Below are positions 25,960 to 37,828 of a DNA stretch of 64,000 nucleotides, piece after piece. The first letter of the stretch is position 1; the number at the start of each line of letters is the position of its first letter. Source of the stretch: Lama guanicoe. Lineage: Eukaryota. Where the stretch lies: the NCBI GenBank assembly GCA_013239625.1, contig MU053379.1, positions 922,974 to 986,973 of the forward strand. The letters are read 5' to 3'. The notes below the pieces were generated by a model. The model saw only the letters and a program-made list of their open reading frames with translations. It was not told where the DNA came from and made no database searches. A program made the position numbers and the translations under genes.

Positions 25960-26480
25960 AACTGTATGTTAATTGAGAAGAGTTGCTGTCTTCATCCTCA
26001 TTCCACGACTCAATCTCTTGCCACCCCTTCCAACTCATCTGTGCGCTCAGGGTCTCTGCCATCATCAAAGCCACCCTTTGGGTCATCTGAGTTTTCTGAG
26101 CACATCTTCTTCCCTCCCGTCTTGGTTCCCAGCAGTGGATACAGCATTTTTGGAATCTGTAGGATGCTTTCACTGGAATTTTTATCCCAAGCCTCGAACA
26201 CCTATTTGCATAACATTAGGCAGCTGGTGGTCCCTTCATCCGGAGGTGTCAGTGCCTGTTCTCCATCCTGCAGCCACTGGCTGGCTGCAGCTTTCTTAAG
26301 TGTCCTCAAAAGATCTGTTCACGCTCACATTGCAACCTATGACACCACAGAATCGGTTCCACATCTGGGTTAAACTTGCCAGCCTCCTTTTCATTCAGCA
26401 GTTCCTCAGATGACCTTAGCAAATGGCCAAAACGACCCTATGGAGTTTGTTTCTGGTAACGTATCTCACCCAAACGGCTC
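25960..26480 (-). mobile_element. Fossil pogo/Tc2-family (POGK-like, possibly Kanga-type) DDE transposase fragment
   Basis: Minus-strand frameshifted translation VSVNRSFED...QWLQDGEQALTP...LMLCK*VFEAWDKNSSESILQ...FQKCCI...DGREEDVL resembles the pogo DDE C-terminus. Confidence 0.75.
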
Positions 26481-26624
26481 TTGTTTGTTAAAAAAATAAT
26501 AATAATTGAGGGTGCCCCCACTACATGAAAGAATGTGTGTGATCTTTCTTGAACATAAGGAGCCCCTAATTCCAGGGATTGCCTGGGGGGTGGGGAAATT
26601 CAGTGTATCTATGTGTTTCATATA

Positions 26625-26720
26625 CACATCTACCTTTCACAGCCATCCCTGAGGTGGGTTCTGTTATCATTCCTGTTTTACAGATGGAGAAACTGAGGCT
26701 CTGAGTGACTCAAAGAGCAG
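26625..26720 (-). mobile_element. MIR SINE
   Basis: tcctgttttacagatggagaaactgaggctctgag. Confidence 0.85.
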
Positions 26721-27504
26721 TGGAGTGACAGCGGTGGGTGTGACTCCAGGATGTGCACACCGGCCCGCACCCCAAGCACACAGCCACCCCTGACGGGTAA
26801 GGGCTGTGCCCATAGCTGGTAGAATCCCCACCAGTCTGGAAACCCTGGGGAGAGAAAAGCCCCAGCTGACCCAGCAGGGCCCTCTCTCTACTCCCCCAGC
26901 TTTCCCGAGAACTAAGGGAGTGAGGGGCAGCCGCCACCCCTCCAGCTGAAAATGTGTACAAGGAAATGCAAGGATCTGGGGCTCCTTCCCAAAACCAGGC
27001 TCAAGATCATTTCAGACAGGCAAGCAAAAGTCTGCAAGACTTTTAAACACAAGATAAAATAGAAAATCTTGACTCCCTTTTTCTTTTCTCTCTTGCTAAT
27101 CAACCACTCTTGGGTGTTTGCAGACTGATGGAGCAGAAGAACTAGAGAGAAGAGTTAGGGAGAACAGAATTCAGCCAGGGGTTCTAGGAAGACACTGCCT
27201 CTTAGCACTCTCAGCCTCAATGTCACCGTCTGTAAGCTGGGTATGATCTCCACCTAGTGGCACATGATGAAGAGTAAGTAGAATGCGGCAGACACCAGGC
27301 AACGCCCAACAGGGTCAGTCCCCTTCCCCACCACCTCCGCCAACAACTCTTCGAACACCTACCAGGCACCCACACTCTGCGAGAAACCAAAAGGCAAGAG
27401 AAAGAGAGTCATCACCTGATCCAACTAGCAAAAAAGATGAAAGCACATAAAACAGCCCAGTAGCGGTCCGGTAAGCACTTTCTATGTCTGCCTTGTGTTT
27501 GAGA

Positions 27505-27625
27505 CGAGTCTTATTGTCATCATCATTTTACAGATGAGGAAACTGAGTCTCGGGGATGGGAAGGAACTTGCCCGCAGTGACCCAGTAAGTGGCAGAGGGG
27601 CGATATGAACCGGGGTCTGACTGAT
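27505..27625 (-). mobile_element. MIR SINE
   Basis: cattttacagatgaggaaactgagtctcgg...aacttgcccgcagtgacccag. Confidence 0.85.
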
Positions 27626-28699
27626 AGCAGCAGAGAGAAGGGAGGGGTGGTGAGGGCTGCCAGGGGGCTGGGTCCCTCTGGAGTTGGGAGGGGGCCTGGG
27701 TGGAGAGGAGAAAGCTGCCTGGACAGTGATGGAGCCAGACACCTCCCCCCTCCCGGCAGGGGCACCTCCGCTGAACCCCAAGGGCCTCCCTGTCTGCCAG
27801 AACCCCCAACCCCACTGGAGACCACTCCAGTCCAGGGCTAGAGCCGATGGCCGTGGGGGGAGTACCCTCATCTCTCCAAGTCTTGGGGGTCAGGGAAGCC
27901 CAGTGGCCGCATGTGCACCCCTGAGTCCCAGGCTGTTTCCTTCCTTCTGGAAATCAGGATGAGATGGGGAAGCAACGGGAGAGGGAGAAGGAAGCTCAGC
28001 AAAGACAGGAACCCGTTTTCCCCCAAAGGACCATGACAAGAGGGGACATGACACAGCCTCGGCTCCTTAGTGCGTGGACAAAGCCGTGGGCCTCCCAGGG
28101 ATGTTGGCTGGCCCGCCGGAAGGCCGCCCTTGGCCCTGCACTCCCATCTCTTCACAGCCGCGATATGCAGAGGGTTCTCAAGGGCAGGGCTGCAGTTTTG
28201 CAAACAGATCTTCAGAAAATTGTGCCTCCCGGCCGCCCGCAAGCAGCCACGTCAGCAAACCACTGCGGAAGAGAAGTCTGCTGCCAACAGAGCTGGGAAG
28301 CGGCCCAGGAACCACACGCGACTCGGGGTGCTCTGTTTTAAATTAGCCGGCCGCTGCTCCCTCCCACTGGTGACAATAACCAGATTTGGGGGTGAGCGGG
28401 CGTGCCCCAGTTCATGAGCATTTGACGGACAATCCCCAAAGCGCGAGGCTGGGACTATCCACGGCCACACAGAGCCTCCAGCTCAGACAGCTCAGTGACC
28501 CTGAGAGAGGACCGGGCAAGGTGACGTCTGTGACCCGTCCAGCTGGGACATGCTCTAATTCCATATTCTCCCAGCCTCCTCATAAAGTCTCCATCAGGCC
28601 TGGGAGACCTGGCCCCTGAGTGGTCCCCGCACCGTCTGAAAAAGGAATGTGAGGACTTTGTGATGATACTGCCAGACCTCACAATTTAGTTTCAAGAAA

Positions 28700-29195
28700 A
28701 GACTGGTAGACAGTTGTCATTTGGGGGCAGCCCTTTTCTTACCGGGGGAGGTGCTCCCACTGTTTGAATCTTGGAGGATGGTAGGTCCCTGCCTTTCAGA
28801 CCAGAGGCCGGGGGGAGGGCATGGGCCTTGGCTCAGACAACAGGATAATTCTGCCCAGGACTCCCAGTGCTGAGCAAGAGATGAGAACACGCAGGAACCA
28901 GCCAGTGTTCACACTGTGGCAGCAGCCGCTGGGGGTCGAGGCAGAAGCTGGAGGCCATTAGCAGCGACGTCCAGCAGTGGCCATGTCCATGGTGGTTTCC
29001 AAGCCAGCCCATCCCGTGCCTTTGCCCGTAGTCCTGCCACCAAGCCACCCACGGCCCCAGTCCACTTTCCAAGCCCACAACTCCGGGTTCTCTTTAGATT
29101 CTCAAGCCAGCCAACAATCTCTCAATAGATTCTTTTCTTGCTTAAAGCTAGCTACAGTTGACTTCTGTGGCTCGCTCCCCCAAAACACTGACTGA
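28700..29195 (+). mobile_element. Ancient LTR fragment
   Basis: 3' end tcaatagattcttttcttgcttaaagctagctacagttgacttctgtggct...ctgactga is typical of old LTR ends; family uncertain. Confidence 0.5.
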
Positions 29196-30784
29196 AAGTG
29201 AGCCAAACCATTCTTTTTTCATTCAAGAGTTAAATAATATCAAAGAATAATTTGGGGGATGGAGGTAAAAGTATGACTCTCATCAAATTATAAAGGTTCT
29301 ATTAACTCATTCATTAATGAGGAAAACAACTGAGGTGTTCCAAGTGGTTCAAAGGGGAATTCCAAGAATCACACAGGTAGAGGTAATCAGAATGCTGGAA
29401 TCACTTTACGCATCGGTGCAGAAGAAGTCTATCCACAGGGCAATAATCAGTTGGATTATTAATGGACCAGATTAATGTACATTTCTCTGAACACAGGTCA
29501 TGGGCATTATTGCTGGTTTTCAGCAACTTACAGAGTTGTAAAATAGCTCAAAGACAGTGACAGGCAGAGAGAACCTGGAAGGGGGCCCAGACAGGACACC
29601 AGTGATCTTTTTATTTCTCTCATCCATTTGAGAGTTTTCACTAACTTTTCCTTACAATAATACAGGAGATGACCAAATGAGTGGGAGACACACTCAGAAG
29701 ATCCTAAACACTGCAGGCTGGAATCGTCTGGGAAGTTCTTAGAGGAACTTGAGCTGGGTTTTAAGGGCTAAGAGTTGGAAAGGAGGGTTTTCTGGAAAGT
29801 GTGAGCAGAAGTTTGGGGGCAGTAAGGAAGCTGGCATGACCCATTGGCAGATTAGACCGGTCTGCCCAGAAAAGCTGGCTTGTGAAGGAAACCGGCAATG
29901 ACAAAGTTGGAAATATACTTTGGGACATCCTCGTGGCTTATTATTAACAGTCTTGGGGAAAGGGATATAAGATGACAAAATAAAAATAGTGTAGAATAGT
30001 CATCTGAAAGGGATGCTTGGCAGTGCCCTGTCCCTTAGTCTGCTCATAGTAGACACTATGAGGACGCTTTCCTACTCTTTTTCGGCAGTGTCCCCCTCCT
30101 TGCTGAGGATGGAGCAGCAGGCAGTCAGATCTCACACAGATGAGCCCACCCCTTGGTGGGAGGAGGAAGGGATAGGATTTAAACTCAGAAAGACCCAACT
30201 ACAATCAGAGAATGCAGACTCCAGAGTGGTAAGAACCGATAAACATATAAAATTAGTGCCCGGGTTGTTACCATGGCAACCCAGAGTCAGCTGCACACTG
30301 CTTTTGGGGGAGCCGAGGGGCAGAGCCTCTAGGGCACAGTCAGTCTGCAGGGAAGTGGGGAACAGGGTGGCAGAGGAGTGACCGCAGGCCCAGGTGCCTG
30401 GCAACCTCTGGTCCCCGAGGCTGCACAGCTCCTCCCACTGCCCAGGTCTCTACAGGGAAATTTTCTCCCTTAAATTCACTTGAATGGCTCTTTGCTCCTT
30501 GCCCCCAAACAGGATCCAAGGAGCATGATGAACCCTGAGTCATTTGGTCCCCAACACCCACCCTCCTTGCATCTGGGCAATGTTTGCAGAACTGTTGAAT
30601 AAAGATTGAACGAATGAATGCACAGTGAACAGTACAAAATTCCGTCGTTTCACTTGTTTCAAAAAGAATCAGGAACCTTCCACTCCATCCCCCACGTGTT
30701 TGTTAATAAACACCAATGGCTCCCTTTCGCTGGGCACTCAGCAGTGCCCGGCACTATGCTAAGACCCACACACTTCAGAAGCAG

Positions 30785-31015
30785 CTTTAGCCAGCTGCCT
30801 GAGTCTGATACCTGACTCTGCCTCCTAGCGCACTGCCTGTCCAACGGTGTGACCTTCGGAAACTTACTTAACCTCTCTGAGGGTCAGTTTCCTCACATAC
30901 AGAACGGGGATAATAATTTACATGGCTCAGTAAGTTGTTGTGGGGATTCGGTGAAAAAAGGCAAAGCCCTAAAAATGATGTCTGATAGAAAGGAAATGAT
31001 CAATAAATATTAGAG
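30785..31015 (+). mobile_element. MIR SINE
   Basis: tgtgaccttcggaaacttacttaacctctctgagggtcagtttcctcacatacagaacggggataataat. Confidence 0.85.
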
Positions 31016-31129
31016 ATAATCTTCAAAACGCCATTCAGAAGGCACCCCCATTTCAGAGACGGTAAACTAATGCTTAGAGAGGTTAAGCCCTCCCCTGAGC
31101 TGGTTAGTAGTGGGGCCGGGGTTCCGACC

Positions 31130-31870
31130 CACGGCTGATTCCTGAACGTGTCTGCAGGCTATGTTGTGTAGCTTAAACGTCTGGTGTGCACCTAAGTACG
31201 CAGCGCAAGGTGCCGGGGATACGGCTGTCGCCAAAACACACCCAGCGCCCGCGCCCAAGCTGGAGGCTGAACTGGCTGGCCCTCCCGGGCAGCCCGAGCT
31301 GCGGCCAGGAGCACCCGCTCGCTCAGGGACGACTCGGGCCAGGGGCTGGGCGGCTCACGTGGCGGGGAGGAAGGGGAACCCATCGCAGGAGGGACGCCCT
31401 GTCGTGGGAGGCCGGCGTCTCCGAGAGCGCCCGCTGCATCACTGACTGAAGCTGGCCATGCTTAAATCCACCTTTTAATATAAAAGTCCAGTCCTAGCGG
31501 GAGTAAACCCGGAGGGACAGGCGGGTCCGGGTGCGAGGCAGGGTCCTGCCCGCCCACGCTGCTCGGCCGCGAGCGCGGAGCCTGCGAGAGGCCGCCACGT
31601 AGCGGAGCCGGCCTTCCGGTCTGCAGCCCGGCCCACTCCGCGCGCCGCTTCCCACTAGCTCCCAAGCGACGCGAGGGCTCGGGGGCGGGCTCACCAAGCC
31701 CCGCCCCGCCTCCCTTCCCGCCCCCTTCCCCTCCCCCAGCCCCAGCGGCCAGCCTAGCTGCCCGCCCCGGGGGCTCCTCTCTCCCCCTCCCCGGGTCCCC
31801 CTCTCCTGTGGCCCTGTCCCTCTACAGCCACCTCTTCCCTGCACGCTCACACGCACACCTCTCACTGCAC
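31130..31870. promoter_or_regulatory. CpG island, promoter-like
   Basis: Dense CpG; tandem GC boxes at about 31680-31735; CACGTG at about 31356; AT-rich TATAAAAG at 31479-31486. Confidence 0.85.
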
Positions 31871-31924
31871 CGGCACCCAGTCCCTCCAGGCTTTCTTCCT
31901 TACTAACCCCCAGAAGTTAAAGGG

Positions 31925-32125
31925 CATCAGCTCCAGCATCAGACTGGCTGGGTTCAAATCCCTCCTTGCTGGCTATGTGACTCTGGGTAAGCTACTTAAT
32001 CCCTCTGGACCCCAGTTTCTCCATCTGTAAAATGGGGATGATAGTAACGAGTACTCACTCCCTAGGGTTATTGGGAAGATTAACTAAATAACACGAATAA
32101 AAGACCTGGCTTACAATCAGCGCTG
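31925..32125 (+). mobile_element. MIR SINE
   Basis: ctgggttcaaatcc...tgtgactctgggtaagctacttaat...cagtttctccatctgtaaaatggggatgatagta. Confidence 0.9.
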
Positions 32126-33541
32126 CTCTCCCACGGGCATAAAAAGGACTAATTATTAGAATACAGAGCCTAATCTTTCCGAGGGGACTTGAGGTTGGCC
32201 AAAGTAGGGCCCTGTTTCCAGGGGCAGGAATTAAGGTTTTGCTTCAAAATAGCCGGAAGGGAGTAGAAGGTGGAGGAGCCTCTGTCTTCTAGACACCGAA
32301 GTCAGTTGAATTCCAAAGTCTATGTTTGTTTGTTTTAATGTTATTGAAGATAGTCAGTTTACACTGTTGTGTCAGTTTCCGGTGTACAGTGTAATATTTG
32401 TTTATCGGGCACTTATTGAGCATCATCTGTGTGCCAGGCACCACGCAGGGAAAACAGACTCCTGCAGGTCAAGGAGCTCTCAGAATCCAGAGGTACCAAG
32501 CAAGATACTGCTGAAAGCAATACAGAAAAGTATAGAAAATGCCACTGAAACAGGAGAAGAACCAGCTCCAAGTCCATGGGGGCAGCTAGAAACCTCCCTG
32601 GGGTGACCAGGAGCTGGGTCTCCATGGACCTGGACAGAAGTGCCCACTCCCTGAGCTCTCGGCTGCGTGGTAGGTCCAGTTTGCTCTGCCAGGGAAGCAG
32701 GCAGAATTCCGCAGCCCCATTCAGCTGATGGAGAAGTGGAGGCCTGGAGAAGAAGTGACATCTTCCCCCAGAGCAGACTTTTAGTAAAACGATGCTCTCT
32801 CTGATCCTAAATGACCAGCGCTTTCTGCTTCCACGCTTGGCAGGAGTTTGCAGGAAGACAAGAAGATGGGGGGAGGAGACGGGCTGGACAGATAAGCCAG
32901 GGCCTGGCGCGGGGTCTGGACTTTGTCCTGTGTGGACGTGGCGAGCCTGCACAGAAGTGTCCACACCTCCACGGTGCTCCACCCCTGCAAGGCCAGACTT
33001 CATCCTTGTAATTCCCAGAACTGCCCCAAAACAGGGCTCCTCACCACTACACGTGGCCTAAGCACAGTGATTTAAAAGGAAGCTACTCCGGGAGGGCAGG
33101 AGCCTTTCCCCAAGGAGAATCGTTTCCTAACCTGCCTGGCCCTTGTTGTGTCCACACAGGCAGCCGGCCCGAGGAGGATGAGGGGGCACTATCATTCATT
33201 GGGCACTGGATGAGCCAGGCCCTCTGCAGGGACCACGAATATCAGTCCCCTCCATCCTGAAAATCAGAACCCCAGCGCAAGCATCACTGACACCAAGCAG
33301 AATGGAAAGCTCTGTGTCAGAGCAGCCCGGAATGAGAGCAGGCCTGGACCCCACCTCTGGCTGAGCCCTGCAGACATCTGAGGGGCTGTGGAGGATTTGG
33401 CCTCCCTCTCAGTGCTGCAGGCTGGGAGGCGGGGGCTCTCCTGGTTTACTCTGAGCCCACGGGTAGCAGGGACAGGGCCTCCTTGGCAGGAGTGAGGTCA
33501 GACCAAGCAGGAGGCCCTGGCCAGCTTTGGCCCTTCGCAGG

Positions 33542-33636
33542 CAGGGTGGCCAGGCTTACCAATAAAAATACAGGATGCCCAGTTACATCTGAATTTCAGA
33601 TAAATCAGAAATAATGTTTAGTATAAAGTGTCCCAT
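33542..33636. mobile_element. MER53 half element
   Basis: cagggtggccagg...aataaaaatacaggatgcccagttacatctgaatttcagataaa; same family as 9586-9812. Confidence 0.8.
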
Positions 33637-33639
33637 GGA

Positions 33640-34270
33640 TTGGGGCGGTAGGAATTGGGATGAAGAGAAAGGGACAGATTGAAGAACTGATTTGGAGACA
33701 GGCTAGATGGGGATCGGCCATGAGCTGGATGTAGGAGACGAGGATGCTGGAGAAGTCAAGGATGCCCCACGGGCTCCAGGCTGCAGCAGCTGTGTGGTTG
33801 GTGGGGCCACTAAGTGAATGAGGGAGATGGAGCAGGATCAGATTAGCAAGGAAAACGAGGGGTTCCATTTCTGGTGTGTTAAATTTAGGGTGTTTATTTG
33901 AGCCCCAAGTGAAAGTTGTACAGGTCTGGGGCTTAAGGAAAGGCCATACTGGGTATTTAAAGCCATGGTTCCAACACAACCACCAGGGGAGTGAGAGTTC
34001 AGAGAGCAGAGACAATGGTCCAGAACTAGGCCTGAAGTCCCTCAATTTTTGCAGGTCACTCAGAGAAGGAGGGGCATCCAAGGAAAGGAAGTCAGAACAG
34101 TCAGGGAGGCAGGAGGAAAATCCACAGGGGGCGGCAGGCAAGAGGGCAACAGCGGAGAAAGTTTCCAGAAGGCAAATGGCTGACTATGTTGGATGCTGCA
34201 GGGAGGTCTGGGGAGGTGGGGAGCAGAAACCAAGACCGGCCTGCAGCGGACTGAAGGGAGATTTAGAGGG
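33640..34270 (-). mobile_element. L2 LINE fragment
   Basis: aagtcaaggatgcccc; gttccatttctggtgtgttaaatttagg; typical antisense L2. Confidence 0.7.
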
Positions 34271-34529
34271 GAGGATGCGGGGGCAGCAAATCGGCAAATG
34301 TACCACGTCCATCAGGAAATCCTGCAGTGTGCATGGGACTACTGGCGGAGGGATCCAGAGGGCGGTGGAGTCCCGGGAGGTTTGCATCCGTAAGCTTTCC
34401 ATCCGTAAGCTTAGGGGCACATCCCTGCCTGGAAGCATGGAGACAAATTATGACCACCATCTAACTGGCAGTGGGACCCTGGACAAATCAAGTAAAGCGC
34501 ATTGTAAACAAGGGTCTTTGAAAGTGTCT

Positions 34530-35165
34530 TAAGTGACATAAAAGAGTGTGGGGGATGAACGCACGCCACAGCAACGGATGGATCTCAGAACCGAGATGGA
34601 GCATGGAAGAAGCCAGCCTCAAAATAGTGTATGAGGTCTGAGTCCATTTAGAATAAGGTCTAGAACAGGCAAAACTAATCTATGATGAAATAAAGATCAG
34701 AACCGTGGCTGCCTCTGGGGATAGGGTTGGAGTGGATGGACTGGGAAGGGGCTTGAGGAAAACTTCTGGGTGACAGCAACGGTCTGAAACTTGACCGGGT
34801 TTTGATTCACACAGCTGTGTGCATTTGTCAAAACTCAGCATATGGTATACATTTAAGGTTTGAACATTTCATTGCATGTAAATTTTACCTGAGAAAAGTG
34901 AACTATAGTTTTTCAATTCTACCTAATGACATGCATGCTAAAATGTTTAGAGGTGAAGTGTACCAAAGTTTGCAACTCTTCTTGAAAGGTATATATTAAA
35001 AAAAAAAAAAGATGGATTGATGGGTAGGTAGGGAGTTGGACAGATATATGATGAAGTCAGTAGAGCAAAGTGTTACCTAGGTGGTAGGTATCTGAGTGTC
35101 TGTCAACTTTTTTCACAATTCAGTCAACTTTTCTGAATGTTCGAAGTTTTTTATAATAAATTGTT
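34530..35165 (+). mobile_element. Old L1 (L1MC/ME-like) 3' UTR
   Basis: aacaggcaaaactaatctatg...catttgtcaaaactca...catttcattgcatgtaaattttacct. Confidence 0.75.
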
Positions 35166-35783
35166 GGGGGTTGGGGGGGAAAGGACGTGCAAAGGCTTTG
35201 CATCCAGTCCCAAGATGTTTGTTGAGCTTATGCAGCACGTCAGGGGCTGCAAGACAGGCATGGTGCTGCTAGTGATGCCCAGAGCTTTGGGTGAGGCACC
35301 GCATGAGTGAGTTCTCCTTCAAGCAGAGAACTGTCAATGTCCCTGCACATGGGGGACACCAGAAGCCAGGAAAAGCACACACAGGTCCCCCAGGTACTGA
35401 TTTAAAGAAACAAGTCGCTGGGGAGGGTGGACAGCTGGGTGATGTTGGCCCCTGGGGATTCAAATTGGGATATTTGCAGGTTTGGGAACAACTGCTTAAA
35501 CCCTAGCGGTTGAAATATGCTTCTATCTAATTTGCCCACTGGTTGGGGTTTTGAATAATGTTCCAATCCCTCTGTCTATACAACAGGAGAATAGGAAACC
35601 AAGACCACCCCCGCCCCAACCCAAGATGTATCCTTAGGGATGTTCATCATAGCGTTGTTTTAAGAGTGGAAGTTTGGCATCAGCTAACATGTGCATTGTG
35701 GGGGTGAAGTGCTGGTTAAGTCATTTAGGGTGATTTATCAATACAGTGAAATTCTATGCAGCTATTAAAAATGAGTGAGGTAG

Positions 35784-35867
35784 GTGGAGGGTGTAGCTTA
35801 GTGGTAGAGCACATGCTTAGCATGCACGAGGTCCTGGGTTCAATCCCTAGTATCTCCATTTAAAAAA
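35784..35867 (+). mobile_element. tRNA-derived SINE (camelid Vic-1-like), minimal head plus poly(A)
   Basis: A box tagcttagtgg, B box ggttcaatcc; perfect 17-bp TSD aaaaatgagtgaggtag at 35767-35783 and 35868-35884. Confidence 0.93.
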
Positions 35868-36044
35868 AAAAATGAGTGAGGTAGATCTATATGTCCTGGA
35901 CTTTGGACAGCTCAAATCTTAATGTAAACTAAATGTATATGTGTGTGTGTGTGTGTGTATATAGTCTTAGTTATATAAAAGTATGTCAGTAAGTATGTAT
36001 GGATATGTATATAAATGGATATGAATATAAACATATCTCTAGAT

Positions 36045-36405
36045 ATTATAGTCCTGCATGTTTGTGTCCCCTCCCCAATTCACATGTTGAAGCCATAGCC
36101 CCCAGTGTGGTCACATTAGGAGGTGGGGCCTTGGGAGGTAATTAGGTTTAGATGTAGTCATGAGGGTGGGGCCCCCAGCATGGGATTAGTGTCCTTACAT
36201 TGAAAGAGACTAGAGCTCACTCTGCCAAGTGAGGACACAGTGAGAAGGCCGGATCTACAGCCAGGAAGTGGGTCCTCACCAGACACCAGATCTGCCAGCA
36301 CTCTGATCATGGACTTCCCAGCCTCAACAACCATGGGAAATAAATGTTTATTGTTTAAGCCACGCAGGCTAAGCTATTTTTGTGATCTCAGTCTGAGCTA
36401 AGACA
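36045..36405 (+). mobile_element. MaLR LTR (MLT1A-like)
   Basis: tgtttgtgtcccctccccaattcacatgttgaagcc...ggaggtggggccttgggaggtaattagg...aaataaatgtttattgtttaagccac...ctaagaca. Confidence 0.9.
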
Positions 36406-36794
36406 GTGCATAAAGGTACACACACACACACACACAGAGCACTGTAAACATGTTCACCAAAATGCTAGCATGCCTACTTCTCCATGGTGAAATTTGTATT
36501 ATTTTATATCAACTTTCTTCTTCGTATTTTTTCTGTATTGTTCAAATTTTTTCACAATAAGCATGTAAAATTTTAAAGAAGCAATTCTTTTAAGAAATCA
36601 TTCTTAGAGTAAACTAACGTTTTCAAAGTGCATGAGAGACTGTCCCTTAACCCGCAATGTTCACAGCTGCCTCCTCTAGTCCCACCCTGAGTCGGGGAGC
36701 GGATGGGATTCAGAGACGGCAGGTGAGCTGACAGCCCGCGCCCAGCAATGACTCAATGCGTTCCCATCCCCTCCTGAGCCTTGAGACAGGAACA

Positions 36795-36955
36795 ACTACA
36801 TTATTTACGGGGCCCAGCACAAAGTCAAAATGTAGGTTCAAAAATCATTTAGAATTTCCAGATGGTGACGGCAGAGCATTAAGACAAGCAGGAAGCGCTC
36901 TGAGCGCAGGGTCTGTGTGCTGGCACACCTCGTACTGCCCTGAGGCCAGCCCTGC
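36795..36955. mobile_element. MER45-like hAT-Tip100 element
   Basis: ggggcccagcacaaagtcaaaatg...gatggtgacggcagagcattaa...gaggccagccctg. Confidence 0.6.
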
Positions 36956-37139
36956 CTGGTGGGACCATCAGAGCATTTGTTGCCAGAGAAGTCACCAGAG
37001 AGGAGGCCAGGAAAAATAGTCAAGGAGGAGCCCAAGGGTCATGACCTTGGGCGGCTCAGTGGGGCGACTCGCACGGACCGTCAGCTCACCAGGAGCCTCC
37101 CAGAGCCAGTGTGGTGCACATCCCCGGTGTGCGTTTGTT

Positions 37140-37800
37140 AGTCTGATCTCGGGGGGGGGGTGCGGGGAGGCCCACAGCAGGCCCCTGGGCCCGCGTGCTG
37201 CCCTGCTTTAATTGGCAAGGGGGCGAGTCAGGAGGGCTTCCCTCTCTGGGAGGGCGTGGGCCCCTTGGAGGTGGCAGCTACCCACCGCGTGGCATCCCTG
37301 GCTGCCCGAGGGAACCTTCTCCTGGGGGCACCCCGGCCAGCCTGCCATCCGCCCGCCGGGTCTCCACGGAGCCCTCGGACCACCGCAGCCAGCTGCCCAC
37401 GGAAGACCTCCACCAAGAGCCTGCGTCGGGCCGGCGGCGGTGGCGCTGGGCGAGCAGACGGCCCACCCTCCCTGCGCCCCGGCACAAAGGCCGGTCTGTG
37501 CGGGGAGGGCCCGCCGCCTTCCTCCCCCCCGCCAGCCACGGGGCCGCAGGGGACCAGGGACAGGCTCCGCCGAGCGCCCGCACGATCCTCCCGCCACGCC
37601 CGAGCCCCTCGCCTCTCGGGCCCCATCGAGCTGTCTCTGCCACCAGCTGCCCCCCACCCTCCGACCCACCTGAAGGAGACCCCAGTGATGGGAATGAAGA
37701 CCTGCAGCGACCCCGCTGTCTGCCGACAAAAGCCGACCTGTCTGCGGGCACCCGAGGTCCTCAGGGCCACCCTCGTCTGCCCGGCCCAGCCCCGCTCACC
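37140..37800. other. CpG-rich island overlapping a cluster of minus-strand splice-like signals
   Basis: High GC and CpG density; several consensus donors and acceptors on the minus strand. Confidence 0.65.
37670..37701 (-). pseudogene. Candidate exon (VFIPITGVSFR)
   Basis: ctgcag|GTCTTC...TTCAG|gtgggt; phase-compatible with neighbouring candidate exons. Confidence 0.3.
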
Positions 37801-37828
37801 TTCAAGCTGTAGGAAGCCTGTGCTTCTG
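37800..37828 (-). pseudogene. Candidate exon (EAQASYSLK)
   Basis: tctctaatttag|CAGAAG...TTGAAG|gtgagc. Confidence 0.3.

Noticed and set aside
35784..35860. tRNA gene (also at 44679, 46559, 52521 and 55300)
   Set aside because: A/B boxes are present, but A-rich tails, TSDs and divergent stems show these are tRNA-derived SINEs
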